Positions 15,466 to 28,166 of a stretch of 64,000 nt of DNA are shown here, in pieces. The stretch comes from the human T2T-CHM13v2.0 reference genome, Homo sapiens. Each line of letters begins with the position of its first letter. Position 1 is the stretch's first letter. Position numbers and translations under genes: made by a program. The stretch lies in the NCBI RefSeq assembly GCF_009914755.1, contig NC_060929.1; one strand, written 5' to 3'. Below the pieces are notes generated by a model, which had not been told where the DNA came from, did not search any database, and saw nothing but the letters and a program-made list of their open reading frames with translations.

Positions 15466-15916
15466 TAAGCAGGAATCTTGCCATTTTAGGGTTTTGGCTA
15501 ATTGTCCTATTTTAGGAGGCAAAGTTCAAGTGAAAAGTAGTTTTTCAAATACATAGCGCATTCATCTTCTCAAGGAATGAGAAGATGCATTGTTTTTCAC
15601 AAAAATTGCAATAATTAAAAACCATTGGAAACAACTAAGTCCAGTGACCTAGAAGCAAAGGATCAGAGGCATAGTTCACATTTGATAAGTGTTCTTGATT
15701 GTTCACCTATTAAATCAGGTAAACAAAGAGCAAATGTATCTATCAGACACCAGTCTAAACTCTTTATATTGGTTATGTCTTGGTTATGACATATATATTA
15801 TGACAAATATATTATTAAAAATGCATGTCCTATATGACTATGATATCAAATTATCCTTTTGTGTGTCTATATTATAAAATATAAATTGTATTAATTTATA
15901 TTTGTATTAATTGGTA

Positions 15917-16042
15917 AAAATATTTTAAAAGTAAAACTAAATATTTTAAATAAAACTATATATTTTAAATAAAATAAAAATAATCAAAAACTAAATATTT
16001 TAAATAAAACATTTGAAATAAAACTAAATATTTTAAAACTAA
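15917..16042. repeat. Degenerate AT-rich minisatellite, unit ~AAAACTAAATATTTTAAA(A)T
   Basis: About five imperfect copies of the ~19-20-bp unit. Confidence 0.7.
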
Positions 16043-16277
16043 AAATGAAATTGCCTACATGTGAGTGTGTATAGTGTTTTATAGTCATACGTTAAAAGCA
16101 AACAAAAAACCTACCTCTACAAACAAACAAAGTTTTTTTCTTAAAAAAAATCTTTCTCTGTTTACTAATTTCTTAAAATATCACAAGAATATAAGAAGCA
16201 ACTTTGAGAAATGAATTTCTAATAAAGCAAAATTAACTTCAACGTTATGTAAAACCTATCAGTATTTATTCTTTTGT

Positions 16278-16400
16278 CTGTTCATTCATTTATTCAATAG
16301 ATATCATTGATGACCTATTATGTGCTAAGTAGTATGCTTTATACTGTGAGGAGAACTTTGAAATATTCTTACCTTAGAAATGGTCCCTTACCTTCTAGAG
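16278..16400 (-). mobile_element. L2 3' end relic
   Basis: TTCATTCATTTATTCAATAGATATCATTGATGACCTATTATGTGCTAAG. Confidence 0.6.
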
Positions 16401-16574
16401 TACAAACCACATCGAATGAATAGCTCTATCATTTCCCCCCAACCCTGGCAAGTAATAGAGTTTTGAAACAATGCCATTATTTAATAGCCATTTGTAGCTA
16501 ATAATAATCTAATTCATTTTTATTACTTAGGAAACCAAATATCAACAATTTAACTATAGTTATCACTGTTTAAG

Positions 16575-16748
16575 GGGAGAAATTGCAAATTCTGGAGCAG
16601 AACATTCCTTAGTTTGCATACTAGCTTTGCTTTGAAAAAGTGTCATTATTTCGAACAGGTTTCTTAAACTGTCTTTAAAACCTGTTTCTTATGTGTAAAC
16701 CCTCAGACTAACACTTACTTTGAAGCTTGATTTAAAGTCAGAGATCAT
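16575..16748 (+). mobile_element. MIR relic, probably continuing at ~18250-18290 after the pseudogene
   Basis: CAGGTTTCTTAAACTGTCT...CCTGTTTCTTATGTGTAAA core-like motif; GATTTAAAGTCAGAGATCAT resembles MIR GATTAAATGAGATAAT. Confidence 0.5.
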
Positions 16749-16997
16749 GGATTTCAGTGCTCAAGCGAGAAGAGTGTCACATCCACAGGTACAAGGTGAT
16801 TCCAGCTCCAGCCACGATGACCAAGATTGTTTGCACGACTTTCTGGGGAAGAAGGTCCGCATTAAATGCAACACGGATGACACCATCGGGGACCCTAAGA
16901 AGCTGATTGCGTCCCAAACTGGCACCCTGCTGGACAAGAGTGTCCTGAACAAGTACACTATTTTTAACAATCACATGTCCTTGGGGGACTATGAAAT

Positions 16998-17758
16998 TGA
17001 GGACTAAGCTCTGATTTTTTATCTTGCCCACATTCCTACCTAAGGGGTCTAGGGAGTCATGCCCTACAAACCATAAATTCTCATCAGATAGGTTTTATTT
17101 GACCCTATATATTGTAACTTACTTTTCATTCTATCTGTGGCATTACATAACACATAGAAAACATAACACAAGGAAACATACTTAACATCAAAATACATCT
17201 CTTCATCATACCTTGAAATTGCTCTGCAAAGTCTCTTGTGATAAAATCCACATTCTCTAGAGAATCCCATTTCTCCTTCCTTTCTTTCCAGATCCAGGAA
17301 ATGATCAACTAAGAGACAGGCCCCTTTTAGGTCTGCTAAGAAGCATTTTACAACCTGTTCTCTCTCTCTGAAGCCTGCTACCTGAGAGACTCTTCTGCAC
17401 AACAAAACTTGGTTGCCACAATCCTTTATCATAACCTGAACATTTCTTTCCATTAATCCCAGGTCTTCAAATAAACTCAGTCAATTGTCAACCAGAAAAT
17501 GTTTAAATGTACCTGTAGCCTGGAAGCCCCCACTTTGAGTTGTCCTACCTTTCTGAACCAAACCATTGTATTTCTTAAATTTATTTGATTGATGTCTCAT
17601 GCCTTCCTAAAATATTTAAAACCAAGCTGTACCCCGACCACCTTGGGCACATGTTCTCAGGAACTCCTGAGGGCTGTATCATGGGCCATGGTCACTCATA
17701 TTTGGCTCAGAATAAATCTCTTCAAATATTTTACATAGTTCAACTATTTTCATCAACA
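16998..17758 (+). mobile_element. MER4-family (MER4E/D-like) ERV1 solo LTR
   Basis: Starts TGAGGACTAAGCTCTGA, ends TCAACA; AATAAA at 17711; 4-bp TSD AAAT (16994-16997 / 17759-17762). Confidence 0.92.
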
Positions 17759-17863
17759 AAATCCACAATTGGATGAACCTGGAGCTTAATTATCTACAGA
17801 TTAGAATTCCTTCCCACTGCCTCACCCTCCTCCTCTCCCACCCTCCCCCAAATACTGGTATAG

Positions 17864-18167
<304 letters not shown>

Positions 18168-18243
18168 TGGTTGCATGCTTGGTATTCCAAATTCATGTTA
18201 ATAAAAACTTACTTGTTGAAAAAAATATTAAAGATAGAGTCAG

Positions 18244-18707
18244 AGATCATTAAGTTCATGACACTTGTCAGGCATGTATTTATAAATTATATTTATTTTT
18301 ATTTTTTAAAGTAACAGTATTCAACTTAGTGTATTAGTCAGGGTTCTCTAGAGGAACAGAACTAATGGACTGTGTATACATAGATATATATATACACAAA
18401 CACACACACACATATAGTGTGTGTGTGTGTATCTATCTATATATCTATATAGATATCTATCTGTATACAGATATACATATATATGTATATATATCTAAAT
18501 ATCTATCTATATATATCTACATATATATCTAGATATATACAGAGAGATACACACACACAAAATAAATATATATATACACAGTCCATTAGTTCTGTGCCTC
18601 TAGAGAACCCTGACTAATACACTAACTTGAATACTATTACTTTAAAAAATAAAAATAAATATAATTTATTAATACATGCCTGGCAGGTGTCATGAACTTA
18701 ATGATCT
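18244..18707. repeat. Inverted repeat: 135-bp arms (18244-18378 / 18573-18707) around a 194-bp TA/CA/TCTA microsatellite spacer
   Basis: Manual alignment shows the arms are reverse complements with 6 mismatches and no gaps. Confidence 0.95.
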
Positions 18708-19129
18708 ATGTAGATAGATATATATAGATAGATATACACACACACATAAGTTTAAGTATTAACTCACATGATTATAAAGTCCCACAATAGGCCATCTGTA
18801 GGCTGAGGAGGAAGGAAAGCCAGTCTGAGTCCCAAAACTGAAGAACTTGGAGTCTGAAGTTTGAGGGCAGGAAGCATCCAGCACAGGAGAAGGATGTACA
18901 CTGGGAGGCTAGGCCAGTCTCTCTTTTCATATTTTTCTGCCTGCTTATATTCTAGCCAGTCTGGCAGCTGATTAGTTTATGCCCACCCAGATTAAGGGTG
19001 GGTCTGCCTTTCCCAGCCCACTGACTCAAATGTTAATCTCTTTTGGCAACACCCTCGCAGACACACCCAGGATCAATACTTTGTATCCTTCAATGTCATC
19101 AAGTTGACATTCAGTGTTAACCATGATGA
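18330..19129 (-). mobile_element. MLT2A (HERV-L) solo LTR with expanded microsatellite and an internal inverted duplication
   Basis: TGTATTAGTCAGGGTTCTCTAGAG...CCCACTGACTCAAATGTTAATCTC...TTAACCAT; TSD CTTAG on both sides. Confidence 0.92.
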
Positions 19130-19178
19130 CTTAGTCAAAACATAATTATATCAGAACACATATATTAAAATAACTTTA

Positions 19179-20790
19179 GGGGGTTCCAAGATGGCCAAAT
19201 AGGAACAGCTCCAGTCTACAGCTCCCAGGGTGAGAGATGCAGAAGATGGGTGATTTCTGCATTTCCAACTGAGGTATGGGGCTCATCTCACTGGGGTTTG
19301 TCAGACAGTGGGTGCAGCCCACAGAGCAGGGTGGGGCATCACCTCATGCAGGAAGCACAAGGGGTCAGGGAATTCCTTTTCCTAGCCAAGGGAAGCTGTG
19401 ACAGATGGTACCTGGAAAATTGGGACACTCCTACCCTAATACTGTGCTTTTCCAGTAGTCTTAGCAAATGGCGCACCAGGATATTATATCCCGCACCTGG
19501 CTCGGAGGGTCCCACGCCCACAGAGCCTCGCTCACTGCTAGCACAGCAGTCTGAGATTGAATTGCAAGGCAGCAGCAAGGCTGGGGGAGGGGCGTCCACC
19601 ATTGCTGAAGCTTGAGTAGGTAAACAAAGGGGCCAGGAACCTTGAACTGTGTGGAGCCCACCGCAGGTCAAGGAGGTATGCCTGCCTGGGCATAGCTGAA
19701 CAAAAGGCAGCAGAAATTTCTGCAGACTTAAACGTCCTGGTCTGACAGCTTTGAAGAGAATAGTGGTTCTCCCAGCATGGAGTTTGAGATCTGAGAAGGG
19801 ACAGACTGCCTCCTCAAGTGGGTCCCTGACCCCTGAGTAGCCTAACTGGGAGACACCTCCCAGTAAGGGCCGACTGATACCTCATACAGCCAGGTGCCCC
19901 CCTGAGACAAAGCTTCCAGAGGAAGGATCAGGCAGCAACATTTGCCATTCTGCAATATCCTTGACGAACATCAATGCAAAAATCCTCAGTAAAATACTGG
20001 CAAACTGAATCCAGCAGCCAACAGACACATGAAAAAATCATCACTGGCCATCAGTGAGATTAAAACCACAATGAGATACCATCTCACACCAGTTAGAATG
20101 GCAATCATTAAAAAGTCAGGAAACAACAGATGCTGGAGAGGATGTGAAGAAATAGGAAAACTTTTACACTGTTGGTGGGACTGTAAACTAGATCAACCAT
20201 TGTGGAAGACAGTGTGGCGACTCCTCAAGGATCTTGAACTAGTAATACCATTTGAGCCAGTAATCCCATTACTGGGTATATACCCAAAGGACTGTAAATC
20301 ATGCTGTTATAAAGACACATGCACACTTATGTTTATTGCAGCACTATTCACAATAGCAAAGACTGGGAATCAACCCAAATGTCCAGCAATGATAGACTGG
20401 ATTAAGAAAATGTGGCACATATACACCATGGAATACTATGCAACCATAAAAAGGATGAGTTCATGTCCTTTGTAGGGACATGGATGAAGCTGGAAACCAT
20501 CATCCTGAGCAAACTATCACGAGGACAGAAAACCAAACAGTGCATGTTCTCACTCATAGGTGGGAATTGAACAATGAGAACACTTGGACACAGGCTGGGG
20601 AACATCACACACCAGGTCTTGTTGTGGGGTAGGGGGAGGGGGGAGGGATAGCATTAGGAGATATACCTAATGTAAATGGGTGCGGTTCATGGGTGTAGCA
20701 CACCAACATGGCACATGTATACATATGTAACAAACCTGCACATTGTGCACATGTACCCTAGAACTTAAAGTATAATAAACAAAAAATAAT
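19179..20790 (+). mobile_element. L1PA (approx. L1PA5-7) with 5' UTR and 3' end but two large internal deletions
   Basis: 5' UTR CCAAGATGGCCAAATAGGAACAGCTCC to ~19955; ~65-bp ORF2 island; ORF2 C-terminus (track ORF 20029-20475: [20 protein letters not shown]); 3' UTR and A tail. Confidence 0.95.
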
Positions 20791-21113
20791 TTAAAAACTT
20801 TAAAATAAATATTGGCTTTCCGATCTTTATGCTCAGTTTTAAGAATTTCATTTCTAAATATTCTGCATTTCATTTTGCAAATATATGAACTTATTATTAT
20901 AATTGGCTGTATTTACCAGACTTAAACACAATATTCTGTTTGTTCCTTTGGTTCTAGTCTTTGATTTCCAAGTACCATTCTAACAAGACTCAAATAATGA
21001 CAACATTTATTTGTGAGAACTTTTATAAATTTATGAATGAAAACAACTGTGTTTTTAGCTCATTTTTAATCTTTCCTCATATGCTTCTGTTTTTGGTGTT
21101 TTTATTGTGAGGG

Positions 21114-21143
21114 GTGTGTGTGTGTGTGAGTGTGTGTGTGTGT
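21114..21143. repeat. (TG)n microsatellite
   Basis: Seen directly; one interruption. Confidence 0.9.
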
Positions 21144-24100
21144 TTAAAGTGAATGTTCTATCAGATTCCATTTCTCCAGGGCATGAGTTTCTTTTGTGAG
21201 TTTTTATATTCCACAGGAAAAGGATTACTTTCAACTTGCAAATGGTCTGCCACTTTACATTTACTTGAAGCAGGTGCAGTTTTAGCTGCTTTCCAGTTGT
21301 AAGATTTAATTTTTGGAGAGTTTGGGTATGGATTTTGACCGGTTAAAAAGAAACATATTCATTACTTGCCATTTTACTTTTATTTTGATAGGAAAAACAT
21401 AGAACACATTCTGCAGTATAATGCTAGTCAAGTGATTTAACCTATAAGACAAATAAACCTTGCCATGAAATGCTTTGGTTTTATTTTTGTTTTTGTTTTG
21501 GGGAGGGGGACAAATGCTAATAGAGTTTTAGCCAATTCTGTGAAATCTGTAAGATAAAACAGTGATTTATTATACAATTATGCAAATTTAATATCTGGAA
21601 ATATTTAAAATTTATCATTTAGGATAAATACTAATCAATCACAGCCCTCATATTCCTTTTACATAAAGTTGTGCTGTGATAAATGATCTTTCCTCAGTAT
21701 CTTCTGGAAAGTGGTATCAACATCATTGATACATTAAAAAAGGAAAAAATAGACAATTAGCACTTGATGAGTTGCATGACAATAACATGCTTTTTGCGCT
21801 TCATTAAAAGATATTTTATAAAACGCTGAAAACACTCAGATAGTCCTACATGAATCTCCAAACTGTCTTTAAGCAGACTGGCTATGCTTTGACTGTCTTG
21901 TGAAGCCTCCTTTAATTATCACATGACTTTATGGGTATGCCCATATAACTACTCTTTGACAATTCTATCCAAATTTAAGTTGTACTAAGTACCATGTCAT
22001 TTAGAAGAATTGGTTCAAAATATTTTTTGAGTAATATACACTTCTCTAATTTAGAACAGTGTTTCTATTACTTTGTATAGTTTTTTGAACACCTAGTTAT
22101 TTTTCTGTTTTGTCTTCTAAGTAGGATTTTATTTGTTCTAGTTTTCAAATGACCTTTAGTCATGTTAGAATATCTAATTATTTTAAAAATACAAAGTAAT
22201 TACTTCTTTGTGATAAAAATTTTGGACCTCCTAGAAGAAATAAATGGACTCAGGTTAAGAATCCCAACTTTGAAAAGTTTTCAGACTTAGAAAGTGGTAA
22301 CCCATTTATCTCACCTATTTCTAATATTTTCTAACATATGTTTTCAAGACTGCTAAACATGCTATACATTGTTTTATTATTAGATTTACTGTGATTAAAA
22401 TTAACCAGCCCCCAAATCTGAGGGTTAGATGATGTTGCATATGGTTTTTCTTTTATTTCAGAAAATGAAATTCCCCTTGCATATAAAGAAAATATACGTA
22501 GATTCCAGACATTTTAAATACTGTATCTAATATAATATTTATTGACTTATAAAATAGAACAATTCCATTTCATTGAGGAAGATTTTATTATTATTTAGCC
22601 TTTAAGAAAATTTATGTTATATTATCAGCTCAATTTTCCTTTTTTCAATAAAATGTAAGCACATATGCATTATTGGATGTCACTGACAAATCTAAAGGTA
22701 GAATCTCGCCTTTGAATGTAAAAAGAAGGTATATTTTTCATTGTGTTGATGCTAGTAAACCACAATATTTTACACTTTCCTAGTAATTTAACTGTATGAT
22801 TTTTACTTAATGTTTTACTATAATTTTTTTCTTTTAATTGTTATTGTAACTTGAGTATTCACTCTCATAAAATTTCTCTTTCATTTGTTTTGTTTATAAA
22901 AGCTGTTGACTAGTTTGATAATTTTAAATAATATCATTTTATTATATGGTGTCTGTTTTGAATAGCTTTTGTATTGAATTTTGGATTTACCAAAACATAA
23001 TTATACAATCTCCTGATAAATATGGTTGTATTTAATTTTCAGTAATTCAGACTAAAACTCCTTTTTCTTATCTAATTGCTTTAGCTAATGTCTCTATTAC
23101 TGAGTAAAATTTTACTAATCATAATGAACATCTTTGTCTTATTCTTAACCTGAGTGGAAATAAGAATTTCATTTCTGATGTATAAAAAAGAAGAAGAGCA
23201 TTTCACTTTTTTCTTGGCAAATTAGTAATTTCAATTTTATTGATATGATGTTGGAAAATGGAAAAAATAAGGCAGAGTGCTCTTGTTAAAGAAACCCATG
23301 AGTTTTGTCTCAATAAATTTTATTGTACACAAGAATTTATGTCTCTGCATTAGAATTCATTTCAAATGGCAGAGTAAATATAAAATATAAAATCCACAAC
23401 AGTTCTAGAATTACAAATAATAACTTATTGTTGTTGCTTTTAGGAGTATTCCATTTCTATAAGTTCTATAACAAATTAGATTAAAGGATGGTCAAGTCCG
23501 AAGACCTAAGAACTCTACCACTCAACACTGAAGAGAAAACAAGGCCATCAAAAATACTCGATAACATTTTTTTCATTTGCAAACTGTAAGTGGGAGAATT
23601 GGGAGATGGAACAAGCATGTGGGTTTTTGTTCCAAAATAATAACTTAAACAGTAACAAAGCCACTCTGATATAATGAATATAATGCAGGATTAAAAAGTG
23701 GTTTCACCTCTTTAATAAAAATAAATATTGTGTAGAAAAACCTGTTCAAATGTGGGTCCTCACTATTCCCTGTTTTTCTCTGTTGAACCATGGGGTGAAG
23801 ATATTTCTTTTTCTTATCAGAATTTGTATCTATACCTAGAGAGAGAGATTCCATAGTTAAGTAAGAAAAACAGTATAAGTACCAATATTGATCAAGCACG
23901 CTTTGAACTACAAATAAGAAAAATATATCTTTGATATATTTTAAATAATATTATATTTAATATGTATAAATAGCTTGAATATTTTTTAAAAATCAAAATA
24001 CCTTAATTATAAAATATAGATGCAATACTGTAAAAATGTTTTTAGGGAAAAATGTAATTTTTGAAATGTGCAGACTATCATCATCCATATTGTATCATAA

Positions 24101-25757
24101 ACAACCACAATAAAAGCAAAATTAAGTAGATGATGAGATATTTGTTTGGGAAAGAAGTAATTAGAGGTTTCATATAATAAAGAAAAAACTTGGAAGAAAA
24201 ACTCCACAAATGGCATGAGTAACAGAATGTACAGTATAAAGAATAAACTGGGATCCATGGACAATAGATTCAGATAATTTTGAATACATTTGATAGGAAA
24301 TATAGTAGAATATATCAGAGGTAAGATGGAAAGTAATATTTAGATTACTAAAACATCCATAAGTGTTCAGTTTTGTATAAAATTTTTACAGCAGTCAAGT
24401 GTTCATATGTTGCCAATTTAAATATTAAAATGCAAATCTATACTCCTGTTGTTCCTGAGTGGTATCAAGTAGATTATGCTGCTACCTGACACAGTGATAT
24501 ACTCTAATTATCCCGTAAAAGTAACATTAACCTCTAAAACTCCTCGATACAAAAGAGTTTAACAGAAGAGTTCATTATATAAAAGTAATTAGAAATAATT
24601 TTTTTAAATGAATGAATTCTAAAGACTTTAAAAATCTTCAAAATAGTAGTTCAATACATTTCTATAGATATTGTAGTTTGCACTACTTTTAATGTGTTCA
24701 TTAAAAAAATTATTACTATCCAAAACATTCCGTAATCCCTTAGCACAACTTGCTAAGGATTTCTTGAGGTTAATAAAAAGTTAATAGTGGCTTCTTTATA
24801 ACCAGGAAAATTTTATAAAACTGTAATTGATAGTCTTATCAAAGTATATATTATTTAGCTTGCTATGTATTACAAGAAATGTACTTTCTATCAAATGAAG
24901 ATGACTATTTTCTGACTCATTATTATCAGACTCTGAAATTTGAAGTTTTGATTATTTTATCTGCAAGTCATAGATATGATGTTGAAATATATGAATTAAA
25001 GTTTAAAAAATCACTCATCTGTCCTAAGTCTGAAAACATAATATTTTAAAGATTGTTAAGGCATAGCTAAGAAATAATTTACAACTGAACTGTGAAAAGT
25101 AGCATGCATAATGGATAATTCTTTTTAACAGACATATCCTAAATTTAATGAGTATGTACTAAAGCTATTGTTCTTTGCTTATTAATTTTATTATTTGATA
25201 AATCTATTAATTATTAACATTTAATTCCATTTATAATTTTGATAGGAGAAACATTATACCAGTCTATTCAGTTTTTGATAAACTAAACATCATGAACTGT
25301 GATAGCAACACATCAATTATTGACAAACATGGTGAAAAGTTTGTCATCATCATCAACATCATGGTGTTTTTTAACTTTGTACAAATATTGTTAACTTTTT
25401 GCATTCTTACTTTCCCCAGGCTAGATATTTTTTATTATATTATTACATGATGAAGTGCAAAAGAAAGAATGAATGTGTTTTATTTTCTTCCTCTTTTAAA
25501 GTCAGAATTATTGAGATATAATTTACATAAAGTAAAATTCATTCTTTAAAGGTTTACTCTTTCTGTACAGACAGTCACTTTTTTCTTAAAAGTTAATGTT
25601 GCCTATCTATCACAAAAAAGGCCCAATAAACGGGAATTATCTCAATTTCCTCTCCCCAGTTCCTCCAGAATATGTTCTTGTTGTTCCTTCTTCTTCTGTT
25701 ATAGACTGCGGTCTAGGAGGAGGAGTCCTTCTTTCTTCCTACCAAAAATCCCTTCCT

Positions 25758-26234
25758 ATTGTGAATAATGCCGCAATAAACATACGTGTGCATGTGTTCA
25801 CAATAGCAAAGACTTGGAACCAACCCAAATGTCCAACAATGATAGACTGGATTAAGAAAATGTGGCACATATACACCATGGAATACTATGCAGCCGTAAA
25901 AAATGATGAGTTCATGTCCTTTGTAGGGACATGGATGAAATTGGAAATCATCATTCTCAGTAAACTATTGCAAGAACAAAAAACCAAACATCACATATTC
26001 TCACTCATAGGTGGGAATTGAACAATGAGATCACATGGACACAGGAAGGGGAATATCACACTCTGGGGACTGTTGTGGGGTGGGGGGAGGGGGGAGGGAT
26101 AGCATTGGGAGATATACCTAATGCTAGATGACGAGTTAGTGGGTGCAGCGCACCAGCATGGCACATGTATACATATGTAACTAACCTTCACAATGTGCAC
26201 ATGTACCCTAAAACTTAAAGTATAATAATAAAAA
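25758..26234 (+). mobile_element. Young 5'-truncated, 5'-inverted L1PA2-type element
   Basis: 3' UTR diagnostics GAGATCACATGG, GGAATATCAC, GACGAGTTAGT (GAG, not the Ta ACA), TTAAAGTA; 40-bp inverted head; perfect 14-bp TSD AAAAATCCCTTCCT. Confidence 0.95.
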
Positions 26235-26622
26235 AAAAATCCCTTCCTTTCCACCCCTCACCTTCCACCCTCTGGCTCTGGGTCCCATTCCATTCGCCAT
26301 CTCAGCAAACTTAGGCTACATTTTACCCTAACTTTCTTTCCATCAGCATTGTCAGGTCTTTCTTCTCTACCATTTCTATTAGCATATATACACGCTCCAT
26401 TTATTTTTATCTAAAGACAAGCAATAAAAAAAATTAAACTCTAAAACAACACATATGTTGTTAGCTCCGATCTACCTCCTGAAAGTATTGTCTCTTTTCA
26501 CAGCCCCAGCTGCCAACAGCTTCACTCCTATTTACTCCCCAACTCCTCCTCCACTTCCTCCATCCCCCTACTGAAAACATTCTCATTCAGGCTTGTTCTA
26601 GTCATTAGAAAAAGGAGTCAAA

Positions 26623-26939
26623 GGCCGGGCGCGGTGGCTCATGCCTGTAATCCCAGCCCTTTGGGAGGCCGAGGTGGGCAAATCACCTGCGGTCAGGAGT
26701 TCAAGGCCAGTCTGGCCAGCATGATGAAATCCCGTCTCTACTAAAAACACAAAAATTAGCTGGGCGTGGTGGTGCATGCCTGTAATCCCAGCTACTTGGG
26801 AGGATGAAGCAGGAGAATTGCTTGAATATGGAGGCGGAGTTTGCAGTGAGCCAAGATCGCGCCACTGCATTCCAGCCTGGGTGACAGAGTGATACTCCAT
26901 CTCAAAAAAATAATAATAATAAAATAAAAATAAACAAAT
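26623..26939 (+). mobile_element. Alu SINE (AluSx-like)
   Basis: Full Alu; perfect 14-bp TSD AAAAAGGAGTCAAA. Confidence 0.97.
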
Positions 26940-26983
26940 AAAAAGGAGTCAAAGAGAGAAATGTAGAATGTGTAAGACAAGCC

Positions 26984-27352
26984 TGCAATAGTCCGCTAGG
27001 GCAGCCACAATAAAATACCACAGGCTGGGTGGCTTAAACAACAGAAATTTATATTTCACAGTTCTGAAGGTGTAAGGCAAAGATCAAAATGTCAGCAGGT
27101 TTGGTTTCTCCTGAATTCTCTCTCCTTGGTTTGTACTCTCTGCATCCTCCCAAGGTTTTTTCTCTCTGCACCAGCATTTTTGGTGTTTCTTTTTTCTTTT
27201 TTTGAGGACAACAATTCCATCAACTAAGGACACCACCCTACGGACTCATTTAATTTCAATTACTTCTTTAAAGGCCCTATGTTCCAGTACAGTCACAATG
27301 GGGGTTAGGTCTTTATTATATAAGCTTTGGGGTACATAGTTCAGATGAAAAT
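26984..27352 (-). mobile_element. MLT1A/B-like MaLR solo LTR
   Basis: GCTAGGGCAGCCACAATAAAATACCACAGGCTGGGTGGCTTAAACAACAGAAATTTAT. Confidence 0.85.
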
Positions 27353-27409
27353 GCAATCTCATGACTGTGATTGCTTTCTTTTTACATTTACTGAGATGCC
27401 AGACACTCC

Positions 27410-28166
27410 TATAGGGTGTGTTATTGCCCCTGAAGACTTTCCAGATGTGGAGGTGGCAGACAGTGATATTGATGATTCTGACTCTTTGTAGATCTAGGCT
27501 AATGCATGTGTTGTGTCTTAGCTTTCAACGCAAAAGCTTAAAAGAAAAAAAAATTAAAATTAAAATAGAAAAATGCATGCAGAGTAAGGGTATACAGAAA
27601 ATATTTTGTATAGCTATACAATGTACTTGTGTTTTAAGCTAAGTATTACTTCAAAAGAGTAAAAAAACTAGATTAAAAGTTTATAAGGTTAATGGTTCCA
27701 GTAAGCTAAGGTTAATGTGTTATTGAATAAATATTTCTTGTAAATTTAGAGTAGTCTGAGTGTACAGTGTTTATAAAGCCTTCAGTACTGTACAATATTG
27801 TCCTATGCCTCACATTCACTCACTGACTCAAGTAAAGCAACTTCCAGCCCTGCAAGCTCCATTCATGATAAGTGTCTTATTCAGGAGTAGCATTTATTGG
27901 TCTTTTATACTGTATTTTTAATATACCTTTTGTATGTTTAGACATACAGATCTTTACTGTTAAATCACCAACAGCATTCAGCACAGTAACCTGCTGTACA
28001 GATTTGTAGGCGAGGAACAACAGGCTACACTATATTGCCTAGATGTGTAGTAGGCTATCTGCATCTAGGTTTGTGTGAATACACTCTGCGAATTTCCCAC
28101 AAAAATGGAATCACCTAAGGATACACTTTTTCAGAGCGTGACCCTATGGTTAAGTAACCATGACTA
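27410..28166. mobile_element. Tigger3-type TcMar DNA transposon fragment
   Basis: GCCCCTGAAGACTTTCCAG...CAGTGATATTGATGAT...GCAACTTCCAGCCCTGCAAGCTCCATTCATG...; TIR-like end GTTAAGTAACCATGACTA. Confidence 0.85.

Noticed and set aside
15917-16042. Short interspersed repeats superficially like a CRISPR array
   Set aside because: Degenerate AT-rich minisatellite without unique spacers, in eukaryotic DNA with no cas genes
20029-20475. 148-aa ORF with a Cys-rich motif
   Set aside because: L1 ORF2 C-terminal remnant, not a host gene
22700-23200. Faint antisense L1ME-like similarity (also ~28400-29000 and ~38950-39250)
   Set aside because: Too degraded to bound reliably by eye
25596-26021. 141-aa ORF fusing unique sequence to L1
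   Set aside because: Read-through into the inverted L1PA2; no promoter, splice or homology support for the unique part
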